52,193 nucleotides of DNA from Neophaeotheca triangularis (Eukaryota). Shown here piece by piece: positions 10,801 to 21,325 of this stretch. The position numbers and the translations under genes were made by a program. The notes below the pieces were generated by a model, which was not told where the DNA came from, made no database searches, and saw only the letters and a program-made list of their open reading frames with translations. Each line of letters starts with the position of its first letter. The stretch's first letter is position 1. The stretch is taken from contig BAAIJX010000093.1 of the NCBI GenBank assembly GCA_054600435.1, positions 1-52,193 on the forward strand, written 5' to 3'.

Positions 10801-13800
10801 AGTGATAGTCATCGACTCTAAGGGGGAAGACGACTCTTTTGCCACTGCTGCTGAGACTCAGACGCCAGCTGCTACAGCTACCACAGCACAACCTGCACAG
10901 CAAGACACATCTCAACAACAAGATGGCAGCTCTCCCAGCAAGGCCATCGACGTACCTTCCGGTGGCGAAGAGAGCGATTCTGAAGTCGAAGAGGACGGAG
11001 ATGTCGCTATGGCTGGAGCTGGTGAAGCTACCGCCTTTGAGCATCGGGACGTTGCGCCTGCTGGTGTTGCCGAGCAGACTGCTTCGGCCGAAGTCCAAGT
11101 CCCAGACTCTCTGGCTATGGATGTTGATCGCGTTCCGGAATCTTTCGCTATTCCCCGACACCAACTACAGGAGCTAGAGCAGGCTGAGGGGCGTGTTCAA
11201 GAGGACCCCACCGTCATCTTTGCCTCAGGCAAGGCTTTCCATCTCGCACCTCCCGATGTCACGACCAACGAAGACGGCAAGGAAGCCGCTGCGAACGCCG
11301 AGGTTGCAGAGGCAGACGACACTCGCTCCGTCGTCGAAGTCACTCGCGCCGCACACGAAGCCACGACCCCTTCCTCCCGCGCCCGCCGGAGCTCCAACAT
11401 CAACGGTCCCCACCAATTCCTCCCAACTTCCACCTCAACCGCAGTCCGTACTCCTCGCAGCCGCGGCAGAGCAAGAGGTAGACACACTCCCACCGCGCAG
11501 CCTCGAGAGCCCGAAGAGATCACCGACGACCCGGTTGAGGAAACCTCAACCCAGCAAATGGCCACCGCGGCCGTAACTCCCAGGACCGCTCGCGCGAACC
11601 GCACAGTCCCGTTCTCAACTTCCCGCCGAAGCCAGCGTCGTCCCTCCGCTGCTGATGGGCGAGTCGACGAGCAAATTACGCAAGAGCTCGAGGCCTCACA
11701 AGATCACGAGAGCGCTCCGTACATTAACGGGACCGTCGAAGTCCGAGGCGAGAGCGACGAAGACCGGAAGGACGAGACGCAGCCAGCTCCTCCTCCGACT
11801 CAAGGGCGAGCGTTGAGACGGTCGTCCAGAGTCATGGCTCCTGCACAGACTGAGCCTGAAGTTGAGAATGCTCCACCCCGCCGTCGCAGGCAGAGACGCT
11901 CGTCGCAAGCCGTCCCTGATGCTAGCGAAGACGAATCGCAAGCTTTCCAGACGCAGCCCACGCCTCCTACGGCTCGTCGAAGGGGTGTAAGAAGGCCTTC
12001 TCGACAGGCTCGGATTACTGTGCCCGCGGTTCATGACTCGAGACCTGCGGGGGGAGCGTCGGGGGTCTTTGAGGAGGAGGGCTTTGATGCTGGTGCGGAT
12101 GAGGATGTTGTTATGGAGGATCGAGATGGAGAAATCGGGGATGGCGATGAAGAGGATGAGGTCATGGGAGACGATTCTGATGACGAAAGGGCTATGGAAA
12201 ACGATGCCGACGACGAAGACCGACCCATGACGCTAGAAGAATCCCGCGCCCGCGTTATAGCCGACGGCAACGCTTACCTCCTCATCGACCCACGCGACGA
12301 ATCCGCTTCCCCGCCACCGGATATGAAAGTCACGGCCGAGCGCGCAAACGAACTCTGGAACGCCACCGATGAAGAGTACATGCGTCGAGCCCGCGCTATG
12401 GGAATCAAAGAAAAGTACGTCCAGGAGAAGTTCATCCGGCTCAAAGCCTGGGACATGCATTTACGGGCCATGGCTACAATGGATTGGAATCAGCGGAAGG
12501 AGTTCAGGGAGTGGGAGCGTAGGGAGGTTCTGAAGGAGAGGGCGAAGAGAGGGGAAGCGGTTTTGAGGTTGAAAGTTGAGAGAAGGCGGGGTGATGGGGA
12601 TGAGGAAGCGGATGAGGAGATGATGAGGGATAGCGATATCGATGTGGGGAGTCAGTGTGGGTTGACTGATGATGAGGTGGCGGATGATTCGTACATGTAT
12701 CAAGGGGAGCGCGACCGGGCGGAGTATTTGGCTCTGGGGCCGAAGAAAACTAGGAGGTTTGGGGGTGAGGGGTGGAGTGATGTTGATGATGATGATGAGG
12801 AGGAGGATGACGATGGTGAGGCTGCTCCCGCCCTTAACGACGAGCCGAGGGTTGTCGAAGTCGAAAGCGAGGCTGGCGAACAGCAACCGAGCCGACTGGC
12901 CGCCATTGAACCCACCTCCGCCTCTCTCTCGCAACAACCGATTGCGACGACGGAAGAAAACACAGCCGAAGCCTCCCAACGGCGCCGACGCGACTACCTC
13001 TCCGAAGCCCCCGTGACCAGCCAAAGCATCAACATCTACGACGACTCTAGCAAAGTCATCGGCGAGCGAAATGCCAACGCCACGACACCGCCCTCTCCCA
13101 CCATCCGCATCAACTCTTCCGCGCCACCTCCATTGCGGGATCTCAGTCCTATTGAAGGGCTTGTTGGAGGGACTCAGGAGACTACGGCTACGCCACGAAG
13201 CGCGCGAGGTTGGGTCGCTTACAATGCCCGTGCTGATCGAGACCCGGAGATTACGGACTCAATGCTCCCGCCGTGGCGCGAGGAAGTCTCGAGACAAGAG
13301 CGAGAGCAAGCAGCTCAAGAACCAGCGGCGGCTGATGATGTTGAGACGGCCCTTCCTGCCGCCACCGTCACTAAAGCCAATGGAGACAAAGTGTCCCGCA
13401 AACTCTCCACAGAAAACGACGCCGACCTGATGCCCCCGCCCGCTGTTCCGAGCTCCGACAATTTTCACTCGGATCATGCCTCCTCTGTCCACAGTGCCGG
13501 CAGCGGCAGCGGTGGGGCCAACAGGCAATCGCGCCGCAAGCGAAGAAAGAGCGCCAACCTCCGGAAAATGTCTCTGGAGCAGCGGCAACAGCGGACTTCC
13601 TTCAATGCCGGCGCCGTCGGTGCCGGCAATGCCACGGGCGACCAGGAAGCAATCAAGCAGCTGAGACAGGCGGACGCGGAGAAGCGACGGAGTAGTAGCG
13701 TGTTTCCACCTAGCTCGCCACCGACGGCCGCAGTTGTTGAGGAGCCTGTGGGGACTTCGCAAGCGACGACGGTGACGGCGAGTTCGGGGTTTACGCAGAG

Positions 13801-14095
13801 CCAAGGGACGGCTGCGAGCGGTAACGACACCGTCACTGCCAATGCTGATGCCAGTCCCGCTCCACGACACCACCCACCGCCCTCGCGAGTCCAAGCTCAA
13901 ACACCCTCACGAGCTCAAGCGAGAGCGCCTTCCCTATCCCAGGAGACGCCACTACGAGAGCACTTTGCCCCTTTCATCCGGAACCCCGACCCCGCTCCGC
14001 CGACGCCTAGGATTCCGGAACCGTGGGTTTTGCCTAGTTTCATGAGGGTCGGGAGTCAGGATAGCTCTTCTTCGAGTTCGAGCTCGAGTGATTGA
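7886..14095 (+). CDS. 2069-aa largely disordered protein with N-terminal Dnt1/Net1-like domain and Myb/SANT-like repeats
   Basis: Single long ORF. N-terminus VRFTVYVLP...TINDLWERIEQRF...LYFSRLQTSDGADL...VGALY resembles the ubiquitin-like N-terminal domain of nucleolar Net1/Dnt1 proteins. Trp-initiated repeats NWTVREDAILL, RWSKREAALL, GWKDRHSAFL. Basic NLS-like clusters. Confidence 0.8.
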   Translation: MAPADESHLDVRFTVYVLPPPLSTAAEPWDPNGSEKRPSGTKSLAVPSCRSETINDLWERIEQRFALAYRHQRDLYFSRLQTSDGADLMRFDSVGALYGNLPWSEWKVYMRTLRVAVKDSLPATTALRPEGFVKPELTEEEAERRREQRERYGVEVGEMEVERPVESRERDDGEGRTDQDGFKIPALPKPRSARGRRQRDEVSDSEGEQSRKSKSQTPGRRKRTRSPSADVSGTESGKKKRKRAKAEKEEHEERKKRKKQRRESRSENAGSEASQPDQPLESAGKDEGDIGEAPAIASTRTNQPNNAIRGPNGTQNSEGEGQITPDSGQRLASFEPPESAQRPGKGRTAVSGGLHGEQLHPLSEDVGIQPVDIEDPAVDDDLLLAAEDATQQTNDAAGPNQLPTQTDEALPSSLPLPTAPQAIAETPAARPSAELPSSQTAFDALTSSQARADSELSSTRNWTVREDAILLKSMFLKLKPFQVIARYNLDRSDSGVRGRKRTLLRRFPDASKVDRSTEVGNAAADTGAEAGSSPVKARWSKREAALLRQGVVDGFEDAEIRNMHFGNRSLESVAKQIRRSEKGYWFGEKARKDFPTDDVELKGWKDRHSAFLKRAVREGMHERDAIKKWFYAWEAKLVKRKFQAFREKLEKIGGFRPRTAVDEGKSSQRDGDAEALAEVEGEDDPSIDSSPPWMPDTANRPSFVATPAIPATGNTSSTQAPQPTSTGPTATATPAIAAAGQGTRSSPPHPSPTTTNARPADPPSTGQLRRPTASASRHSRGFLATSGSGNRRRAAAPTSNPAATNTPATITAAANASTVNPAATNAPAVNTPAVRVIQANHARTNSPHVVISNGEQNTARRAAFLAMPEENSQDSQQTTLAFPRDKGKGRADGLPRPDMSSAGGSSQVEGAGSGDRAAGDAAAEGGEQQQECLEIPETVQGDSQQPLTQEHDASADGAVGGQPQQQQQQQQEVIVIDSKGEDDSFATAAETQTPAATATTAQPAQQDTSQQQDGSSPSKAIDVPSGGEESDSEVEEDGDVAMAGAGEATAFEHRDVAPAGVAEQTASAEVQVPDSLAMDVDRVPESFAIPRHQLQELEQAEGRVQEDPTVIFASGKAFHLAPPDVTTNEDGKEAAANAEVAEADDTRSVVEVTRAAHEATTPSSRARRSSNINGPHQFLPTSTSTAVRTPRSRGRARGRHTPTAQPREPEEITDDPVEETSTQQMATAAVTPRTARANRTVPFSTSRRSQRRPSAADGRVDEQITQELEASQDHESAPYINGTVEVRGESDEDRKDETQPAPPPTQGRALRRSSRVMAPAQTEPEVENAPPRRRRQRRSSQAVPDASEDESQAFQTQPTPPTARRRGVRRPSRQARITVPAVHDSRPAGGASGVFEEEGFDAGADEDVVMEDRDGEIGDGDEEDEVMGDDSDDERAMENDADDEDRPMTLEESRARVIADGNAYLLIDPRDESASPPPDMKVTAERANELWNATDEEYMRRARAMGIKEKYVQEKFIRLKAWDMHLRAMATMDWNQRKEFREWERREVLKERAKRGEAVLRLKVERRRGDGDEEADEEMMRDSDIDVGSQCGLTDDEVADDSYMYQGERDRAEYLALGPKKTRRFGGEGWSDVDDDDEEEDDDGEAAPALNDEPRVVEVESEAGEQQPSRLAAIEPTSASLSQQPIATTEENTAEASQRRRRDYLSEAPVTSQSINIYDDSSKVIGERNANATTPPSPTIRINSSAPPPLRDLSPIEGLVGGTQETTATPRSARGWVAYNARADRDPEITDSMLPPWREEVSRQEREQAAQEPAAADDVETALPAATVTKANGDKVSRKLSTENDADLMPPPAVPSSDNFHSDHASSVHSAGSGSGGANRQSRRKRRKSANLRKMSLEQRQQRTSFNAGAVGAGNATGDQEAIKQLRQADAEKRRSSSVFPPSSPPTAAVVEEPVGTSQATTVTASSGFTQSQGTAASGNDTVTANADASPAPRHHPPPSRVQAQTPSRAQARAPSLSQETPLREHFAPFIRNPDPAPPTPRIPEPWVLPSFMRVGSQDSSSSSSSSSD

Positions 14096-14886
14096 ATAAG
14101 GAGATTGATGATGATGTGTTCGGAGGAGGCGGCTTGTTGATTGACGGGGGAGTGGGGTGAAGAGGGTGGTTGCTCGGGACTGGGAGTCCGAGGACATGAA
14201 GGGCAAACTTCGTGAGGAGGAGGTGGTGGTATCAGATTGCTACTATTACTACTACTACAGTGTTGCGGCCTAAAACTTTCTCGACGGGAAGTTGAGTTTG
14301 CTTTGGGCGTTGGGGTGGGAGGGGGCATGGCTGGCTGGCTTGTGGACGGGGGGTGTTTCGGTCGTCTTTCGTGTATTGCTTGATTTGTCGGTAAAGAGGT
14401 CTACGCTACATAGCAAATAGCATATTCACAACAATTCTGGCTGTACAATTCAAGTCCTATTCATTTTCTTGTGTGCTATTCCATATATATATGTATATAC
14501 ACGACTAGATGGCTGGAGGTAAAGAGGTATGGCTGTCTTTCCTTTGGCTGGAAACCCATGGACACCTCAAATCCCAGGCATCAAAAATTCCCACTCACCC
14601 GCAAAAAACAGGCAAACAGCCATTCAGCCTTGGCACCACCCCTCTCAACCAATCAAAACCCAGCTTAACTAATTCCCGCGCCCGGCAATGGCCCGTTCAG
14701 TCTCGATGAGCTCGACGATTCCGCTTTCCTCCTTGAACCACACCTCCACCCTCCATCTCCACGCGCCACCCACCCACCACCACCACCACCAAACACCACC
14801 TCACTCTCGTTATCACGACATCCCTTCCTATTCCGGCCGAGAAGGGGAGACCTGTCATACCGTCGGTTTAGATACGGTCACGTACC

Positions 14887-16325
14887 ATGTTGGCACGCTC
14901 GGTCGCGCGCGCTGCGGGCGCTGCGAAGACTGTCGGGAGGGTGAGTTTTTACCCACACCTACACCTATACCTATACACACCACCGCCGCGCCGTTATCAC
15001 CCATTGCTCGTCAACAGCACAGCACAATGGCAACGGGCAGCCTGAGTTGATGTCGTGTCATGTGATGGTTTGGAATGGCATTTTCGCTGACTGTCTTGCT
15101 TGTCTCGTCTCCAGCGCAACGCCTCGACCTCTTCCGACTCCGCTTCTTCCGCCGGCTGGAAGAACACTGCCGCGCTTTCGGCTAGCACTCTGCTCGCTGT
15201 AGGCAGCTGCGGATGGTATTACACGCAGTTTGGGCGTAGCACGTTTGCTATGACGCCTGCTGAGGAGGGGTGAGTTGATGATACTATTCTTTCCTTTTTG
15301 CGGGGTGGCCGGTGGAACAAGAGGTGGAGGTGGGATAAGAGGAGGGGCCTTGGTGCGGATAATATGGGTGAACAGGGAAATGAGGTGGAATCATTGAGAT
15401 GTAGATGGTTTTCTGGATAGGTTGGTCGGTCTTTTGCTAACCATCAATGCTTCCTTCAGCCTCCACGCAACTGCCTACCCATGGGAACACGAAAAGCTCA
15501 CCAAAACCTTCGACCACGCCACCCTTCGCCGCGGTTTCCAAGTCTACCGCGAAGTCTGCGCTTCCTGCCACTCGCTCCAGCGCATCCCTTACCGCAAGCT
15601 TGTCGGCACCATGATGACGGTCGACGAAGCCAAGGTCATGGCGGAAGAGAACGAATACGACACTGAGCCCAACGACGAGGGCGAAATCGAGAAGCGCCCC
15701 GGCAAGCTCTCCGACTACATCCCATCGCCGTACAAGAACGACGAAGCCGCTCGCGCTGCCAACAACGGCGCCCTGCCCCCAGACCTTTCCCTCATGGTCA
15801 AGGCCCGCCACGGCGGCTGCAACTACATCTTTTCCCTGCTCACCGGCTACCCCGAGGAGCCTCCAGCGGGTGCCTCCGTCCCCAGCGGTCTTAACTTCAA
15901 CCCCTACTTCCCCGGCACGGGCATCGCCATGGCGCGTGTCCTTTACGACGGCCTTGTCGAGTACGAAGACGGCACCCCCTGCACTTCCTCTCAGATGGCA
16001 AAGGATGTCGTTGAATTCCTCAACTGGACTGCCGAGCCCGAGATGGACGACCGCAAGAGAATGGGCTGGAAAGTCATGGCCGTGGGATCTGTCTTGTTCG
16101 CGCTGAGCGTGTGGGTTAAGCGGTAAGTAACATCCCGAGTGCGCTGCAAGATTGGCGCTCCGAATGAGTTGCCCGCTGACATGTGAATTACTCAATAGTT
16201 ACAAATGGTCCACCCTCAAGACCCGCAAGCTCGTCTACAACCCACCCACCTCGGCCGCCGCCAAGAACCCCAGCTCCCGCAGGCCCGAAGTCACCATGAA
16301 GGGCAACCACACCGGTCACTGGTAA
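14887..16325 (+). CDS. CYT1: Cytochrome c1, heme protein, mitochondrial
   Basis: Exons 14887-14940, 15115-15269, 15460-16122, 16199-16325 with GT-AG introns. Presequence MLARSVARAA; MTPAEEGLH; heme motif CASCH; RAANNGALPPDLS; FNPYFPG; C-terminal TM segment followed by KRYKWS. Confidence 0.98.
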
Positions 16326-19182
16326 AGAACGACACCAGCGGGGGGTTGATGATGCTAAGCAGATGAGTGAGGGAGTCGGTGAAGAGGAAGAGGAGCGTGG
16401 ATGGGTTTGATGGTATGAAGGAAGAGTTGAGACGTATAGATGGAGTGGATGCATAGACTGCTATTTACTGGCCGGAAGAGGGGTCGGGCGCACGTGGTTG
16501 TGAGCCAGCGTGGGAGTGGAAGGGAAAACCGAACGGGGAATGGAAAGAGATGCCGTCTTTTTGTACAAAGTGTACCGTTAGTTGCTCTCGCTGCGAACTC
16601 GAGAGTGTCCGAACGGGTGGTGTGGTGTTGCAAGGCTTGGCTGATTTGTCACCCCTGTTATTTTACCCTCGTTCGCTGGTCTTGGTGGTTCGGCGAGTGA
16701 GGTGTCGGTGGAGTGAGGGGTGTGGATGGACTGAGGGATGCGGTTGGAAATGGAGCTGGCGGTGCAGGTTTGTGTTTCATGTGAAGAGGCATGTGGTCTA
16801 AGTAAGTCAAAGGTGGATTCTGGTTTCCCTTCTCTCCTCATTCCTCGATACTGGCTTTTGCTTTGGGAAGCCTCGGTCTGCGCTCTCCTCTCCTGTTTTC
16901 TGCCACTTTCTGTCAATCTCTGCTCCGGCAACCCTGCCCCTTTCCCCGTTCATCTCCCTTCTCGCCCCTCTTTCGCTCTGGCCATTCCTCTTTACCCGTC
17001 CCGCTCTTTGCTCTTTCGTCTAGTTCTGTCTAATCCATCTCGTCGTTCCGCTTGCATTCTGGTTGTGCTCCCTGATCGACCTCCCTTTCCCCCTTTATTC
17101 TCCTACTCCCATTCTTACTCCCCTAATCACGGCCTCATCTCACTTCTTTCCAGGCGGTTGTATCCGGCTTCCTCGCTCCCCGTTTCCTTCTTCTCTGCCC
17201 GTCGGCCCATATCCCCTTGAAGAGGCATTCCTTCCACTTCTCCTGCATGCATCGCTTTTGCCGGTTCCAACTCGATAGTCCTCTGGCTATACCCGACTCT
17301 TGCTCCCTACGGCTCTACTCTTTTTCTCGCATTGGAGCCTTGCCTTCGTTTGCTTTGCGCCTAGGGGTTTCATCTTGATCCGCCTCTTGTCTTCCGGTGT
17401 GGCCTCCTGTCCGCTCATTGCAAAGTCATGCGCTTGGCCCCACTGCCCCTGCATCCGCTCCTTGCGTTCTCCCTACGGCGCTCCGCCTTTTCGAGCTACA
17501 GATTCAGGCGACTAATGTCCGCCCTTTTGCCTCGCCGTCGTGCTCGTCATCACACAACCGTCGCATGCAGTCCGCTCCTCCGCCTTCTCTAGTACCTACA
17601 GACTTCCCGCCATCTTCGCTGTCTCCTCTACGCACGAGCCTCGAGCTGTACATTTCCCGTCCCCTCGGCTGTCTTCACCAGCTCCGGGCTTTACTTGGTC
17701 CTCAGCCCTCGCAAGCAATTCCGCCCCATATCTAACCTAGTCTCCGTCCGGACTTCCGCTCTCGCACCTCGTCGCTAGACCTTTTCCGCTCGCTTCTGCT
17801 TTCTCACTTCGTTTCAACTATGGTGGCGATTCATTTCTCGCCTGTGCTCACAGCGCCTCGAATGCTTCCGCCGGTCTCGTATCTACTTCGTCATTGCCCA
17901 GTCTTGCTCCGATCCCTGCTCGAGCTTGCCTGATCTCCGGTCTTCGCAGCCTGCGTCTCGGCAGGAAGGGTGTACTCCTTTTCACATTGTTATCTCTTCG
18001 GTTGTTTCTTCAAAAGTTGTCCGCCTTCGCTTCTTTCCTTCACTATTTATCTGCCCTCTCAAGCGCTGTATATTCTCCTACCACTGACCCCTTGTTCGGA
18101 CACTCGATCCCGATGTCGTTTGGGCTTTCCTTGCCTCTTCCCGAACTCTCGGCGTCCCCAATAGCCTAGTCAACCCATAACTCTTTGCGTCCAGACGTAC
18201 TGCCCTTCCCCTGTAGTTCCTCGCTAAGCTCTATCCCAACATTCTCATTCTCTTGCCTGATCTTTCCTCGCATTGCCTATTCCAAGGTCCTCTTCAAGCA
18301 AGACTAGAGTCCCGCATCTGTCTCTGTCGGACTTTTGCTCCCCGATCTCTCACTAGTGACCCCACGAATCAGACATCCTCACTGCATCCCCCCATCACCT
18401 TCTATAGCCAAACCTATCAATGCAACCCCCCCGTCAAGTCCTACTAGGACCCCACGCCTAGAACCTCGCACCGGCACGTCCCCCGCTTCTGAGTCACAAC
18501 TGCTACTTCCCCTACATCTCGTCCGCTGCCAGGCTGCCTTCTCATTCGAACCTTCTACTCACGCTCTTCCAGCGACTTCCTCCCAGGTGTGCAGCCAAGT
18601 GCAGCACGTACTAGTCCAGAGACAACACACGGCAACTGGCCGGCCTCGAGGGATCTTGCGTCTTCGTCTACCGCGAAGTGATGCCAATACCAACCGGACG
18701 AGAAGTCTGGAATTGCGTCTGAGAGGGGTGCATAGTTGGATGACCGTGCGAGTCCGTCGAACACCGTGGCCGCTTCCGCCGAGGGTGACGTGGTCTGGAA
18801 AACAGAGATGTTCGCGACCTTGTTCCTATTCCGGGCCTTGGCATGTAAGATCTTGGCGGTCCATGAGGTTGCGGTGTGACGGGAGGGCGGAGAACCTCCA
18901 GCCAGTTGTTCGATAGATATTGGGAAATTGAGTGCTCAGTTTAGACGCTCGATTTAATCGCTTCTCCTCGACCGTCTCATCAATCCGTTCGGTTGGTCGA
19001 ATGTCAAAATGAGGCCTCACCTAGACATGCTTGTCGAACTATTTGACATCCACTCGTCCCAAATAACTCATGACTCTCGAAGCCGTAGAGATTAAAAAAG
19101 GCAAAAAGAAACTCCCAACGGGAGAAGAAACCACTTAGCAGAAGTCGCACCCAGTTCAAAGGCTGGTTTGCTTTTGCCAAGT

Positions 19183-19294
19183 GTACAGAGCTGGGGATCG
19201 AACCCAGGTTATACCTTGGTAAGGAGGGTAACTAAGGGGGGGTCAGCGAAAGGGGAAGTCTTATGTGGTTACCATCCGCAAGACTGATTTTGTA
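19183..19294 (-). tRNA. Degenerate tRNA-like sequence (Gly-like 3' half; probable pseudo-tRNA)
   Basis: Minus strand has a perfect T-arm/B box CTGGG-TTCGATC-CCCAG followed by CTCTGTA. A possible 5' acceptor strand TACAAAA at 19294-19288 pairs 5/7. Oligo-T tracts lie downstream (~19094-19110). Anticodon and D arms do not fold canonically. Confidence 0.35.
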
Positions 19295-20249
19295 AATTCA
19301 AGTTTGTTGTGTCTTCTCACTCGCCTGAAGTAATTGGCCGTGAATAATATATATAGTCTAGATGGTTTTGTGACTTGTCGGGGGATGTGATATCGCCTGG
19401 ATCTCGTTGTGGGTTGCGCTTCCTTGCCTTCTGGCTTTCACGCGCAATCGGCGAGGTGATACATGATGGCTTACACAGGTCAACGGTAAGCTTCTACTGA
19501 GCTTCTCACTGCAATTTTTCGTGTCAAGTGAAGCGAAGTGAAGTGAAGTCAGGTGATGTGACGTGAAGCTAACATCCCTGTCACGTGTAAAGGGGCATGT
19601 CACACTGCACACACTGCTTCACCTGAAAGGGCTGAAATGGAAGTAGGGATGCCCAGGTGGTCACTACAAAGTCCTAGCACCTCCATTATACGCCTTCTTA
19701 CTTGCCACCTACCCACGGTACCGTCAGAATCGTCTCGAGGTGTTCTACCTAATCTCACCTTCACCTCATCAAGACTGGAACAACTGTTATACACTGGTCC
19801 GTCTCTATTCAACACGAGTCAACCGACATCGACGTCTCCAGTGGGCTAGTTCATCAGATGCATGCGTCCTATTCATCAAGCTTGAATAGGCTTCAGCCAT
19901 GCGCTGGCTCTGATCGAAATGTTCGCGGGCCATACAGTCTTGGAAATAATCTCCGCACAAAGTCCATCTCTGCGCAAGATTGACGATTTCATAACAGTCG
20001 TCCCCGTACTCTTGTCCAGCGCAAACCTTGCACACGTTCGAAACCCCTCCAGCGCTCAGCAACCTCTTCAGGCGAAACCTCTGCAAGCCAACCACAACCC
20101 TCCCCAACCTCAAATTTTCAACCGCATATTTTTACAACCCAAATCGATCCATCACATCAACACCGCTCATGTCCGAAAGTCCCACCTCGCAACTCCAAAC
20201 ATCGCCGTCACAATCTCCCAAAAACCGACCTCCAAAACCCCCAAATTCC

Positions 20250-20702
20250 TTCTAGGAATGTCCGTGCTCAACATCCCAAGACTAGCGCGGTTTGGCTTCG
20301 ACCAATCAGCATCGACCAAGTTCAAAAAAGCACGACAGAATTGCAATTTCGACAGCTGTTAATTATCCTCGAGGTTTGCAGAACCCATAGTACCCTCAAC
20401 TGCAATCTTCAGAGCCGAGTCCGTCGAGTTGTTCGACTCCCAAAATTCCGCCGTTCTTAGAGAAGTCCGAGCTCAAAAGTCCAGCAACTAGCGCCGTTTC
20501 GCTTCGACGAATCAGCATCGACCTTTCCAAACGACAAATCGCAAAACTGCGCCGTAAGTATCTGCAAATCATCTTCGAGGTTTGGAGAACGCAGTACTTG
20601 CTCGAATGCGATCGTAGGAGGCAATTTGATCGAGTTATGGATGTTTCAAGACGCGCGAGTTTCTAGGAATGTCTGTGCTCAAAAAGCCGAAAACTAGCGT
20701 GG
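20250..20702. repeat. Degenerate ~205-bp tandem repeat (about 2.2 copies)
   Basis: TTCTAGGAATGTCCGTGCTCAA...ACTAGCG recurs at ~20250, ~20454 and ~20661. GCTTCGACxAATCAGCATCGACC and TCGAGGTTTGxAGAAC are shared by the first two units. Confidence 0.75.
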
Positions 20703-21325
20703 AGAGACGGACAGCCAATGGGCGGCGAGCTTGTCGAGTCGAACTCGTTGCGGAGTTGGCTTCTTCTCTGGGTTGAGGTGTTGGTAAAATGTGTCTAGGA
20801 TTGAGGCCTGAAGTGATTTATCGAGTAACGCGACCGGATAGCAGAGGAGAAGCAGACTCACAAACGAGGACCGTCGCTCTTCCCAATTGGGTATCTAGGC
20901 CAAACCTTGGTTGAAACGAGCATTAGTCGACTCGTAATTTGGGCGTCGCCCACTTCATGGCGTCTTTACTCGAGCAATGCGTGCATGACTTGCTTCCTCC
21001 TCCCTGCCGGGGGCTGTCGCGTTCTGGGAGACACTAAAGCAGCCTTTGAGGGAGAAGATGCACAATTGGACTCTCACCGTATCTGGTCCTCGAGCCTGGT
21101 CGCCTGACTCGCCTCCGATGAACCTTCTGCGGTAGCAGGTTATAAACCAGGGGCGGCCGCAGCCAATACGACACTGAACGATCAATCACCACGACCGCTA
21201 AAACGAGACCTCACGACTTACACGACCTCTCGCGCAAGGCCCCAGGGGTATCACACAACTTACCAGAAACTACCCCAGCAACACCACCGCATCCACCCAT
21301 TCAACTGGCCCCTCAAAAAAACCCT

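Noticed and set aside
19181..19190. TACAGAG resembling the U6 snRNA ACAGAGA box
   Set aside because: The flanking U6 sequence (AAGATTAGC) is absent; better explained as the acceptor strand of the tRNA-like element.
19520..19570. AAGTG-type short repeats
   Set aside because: Degenerate microsatellite without unique spacers; not CRISPR-like.
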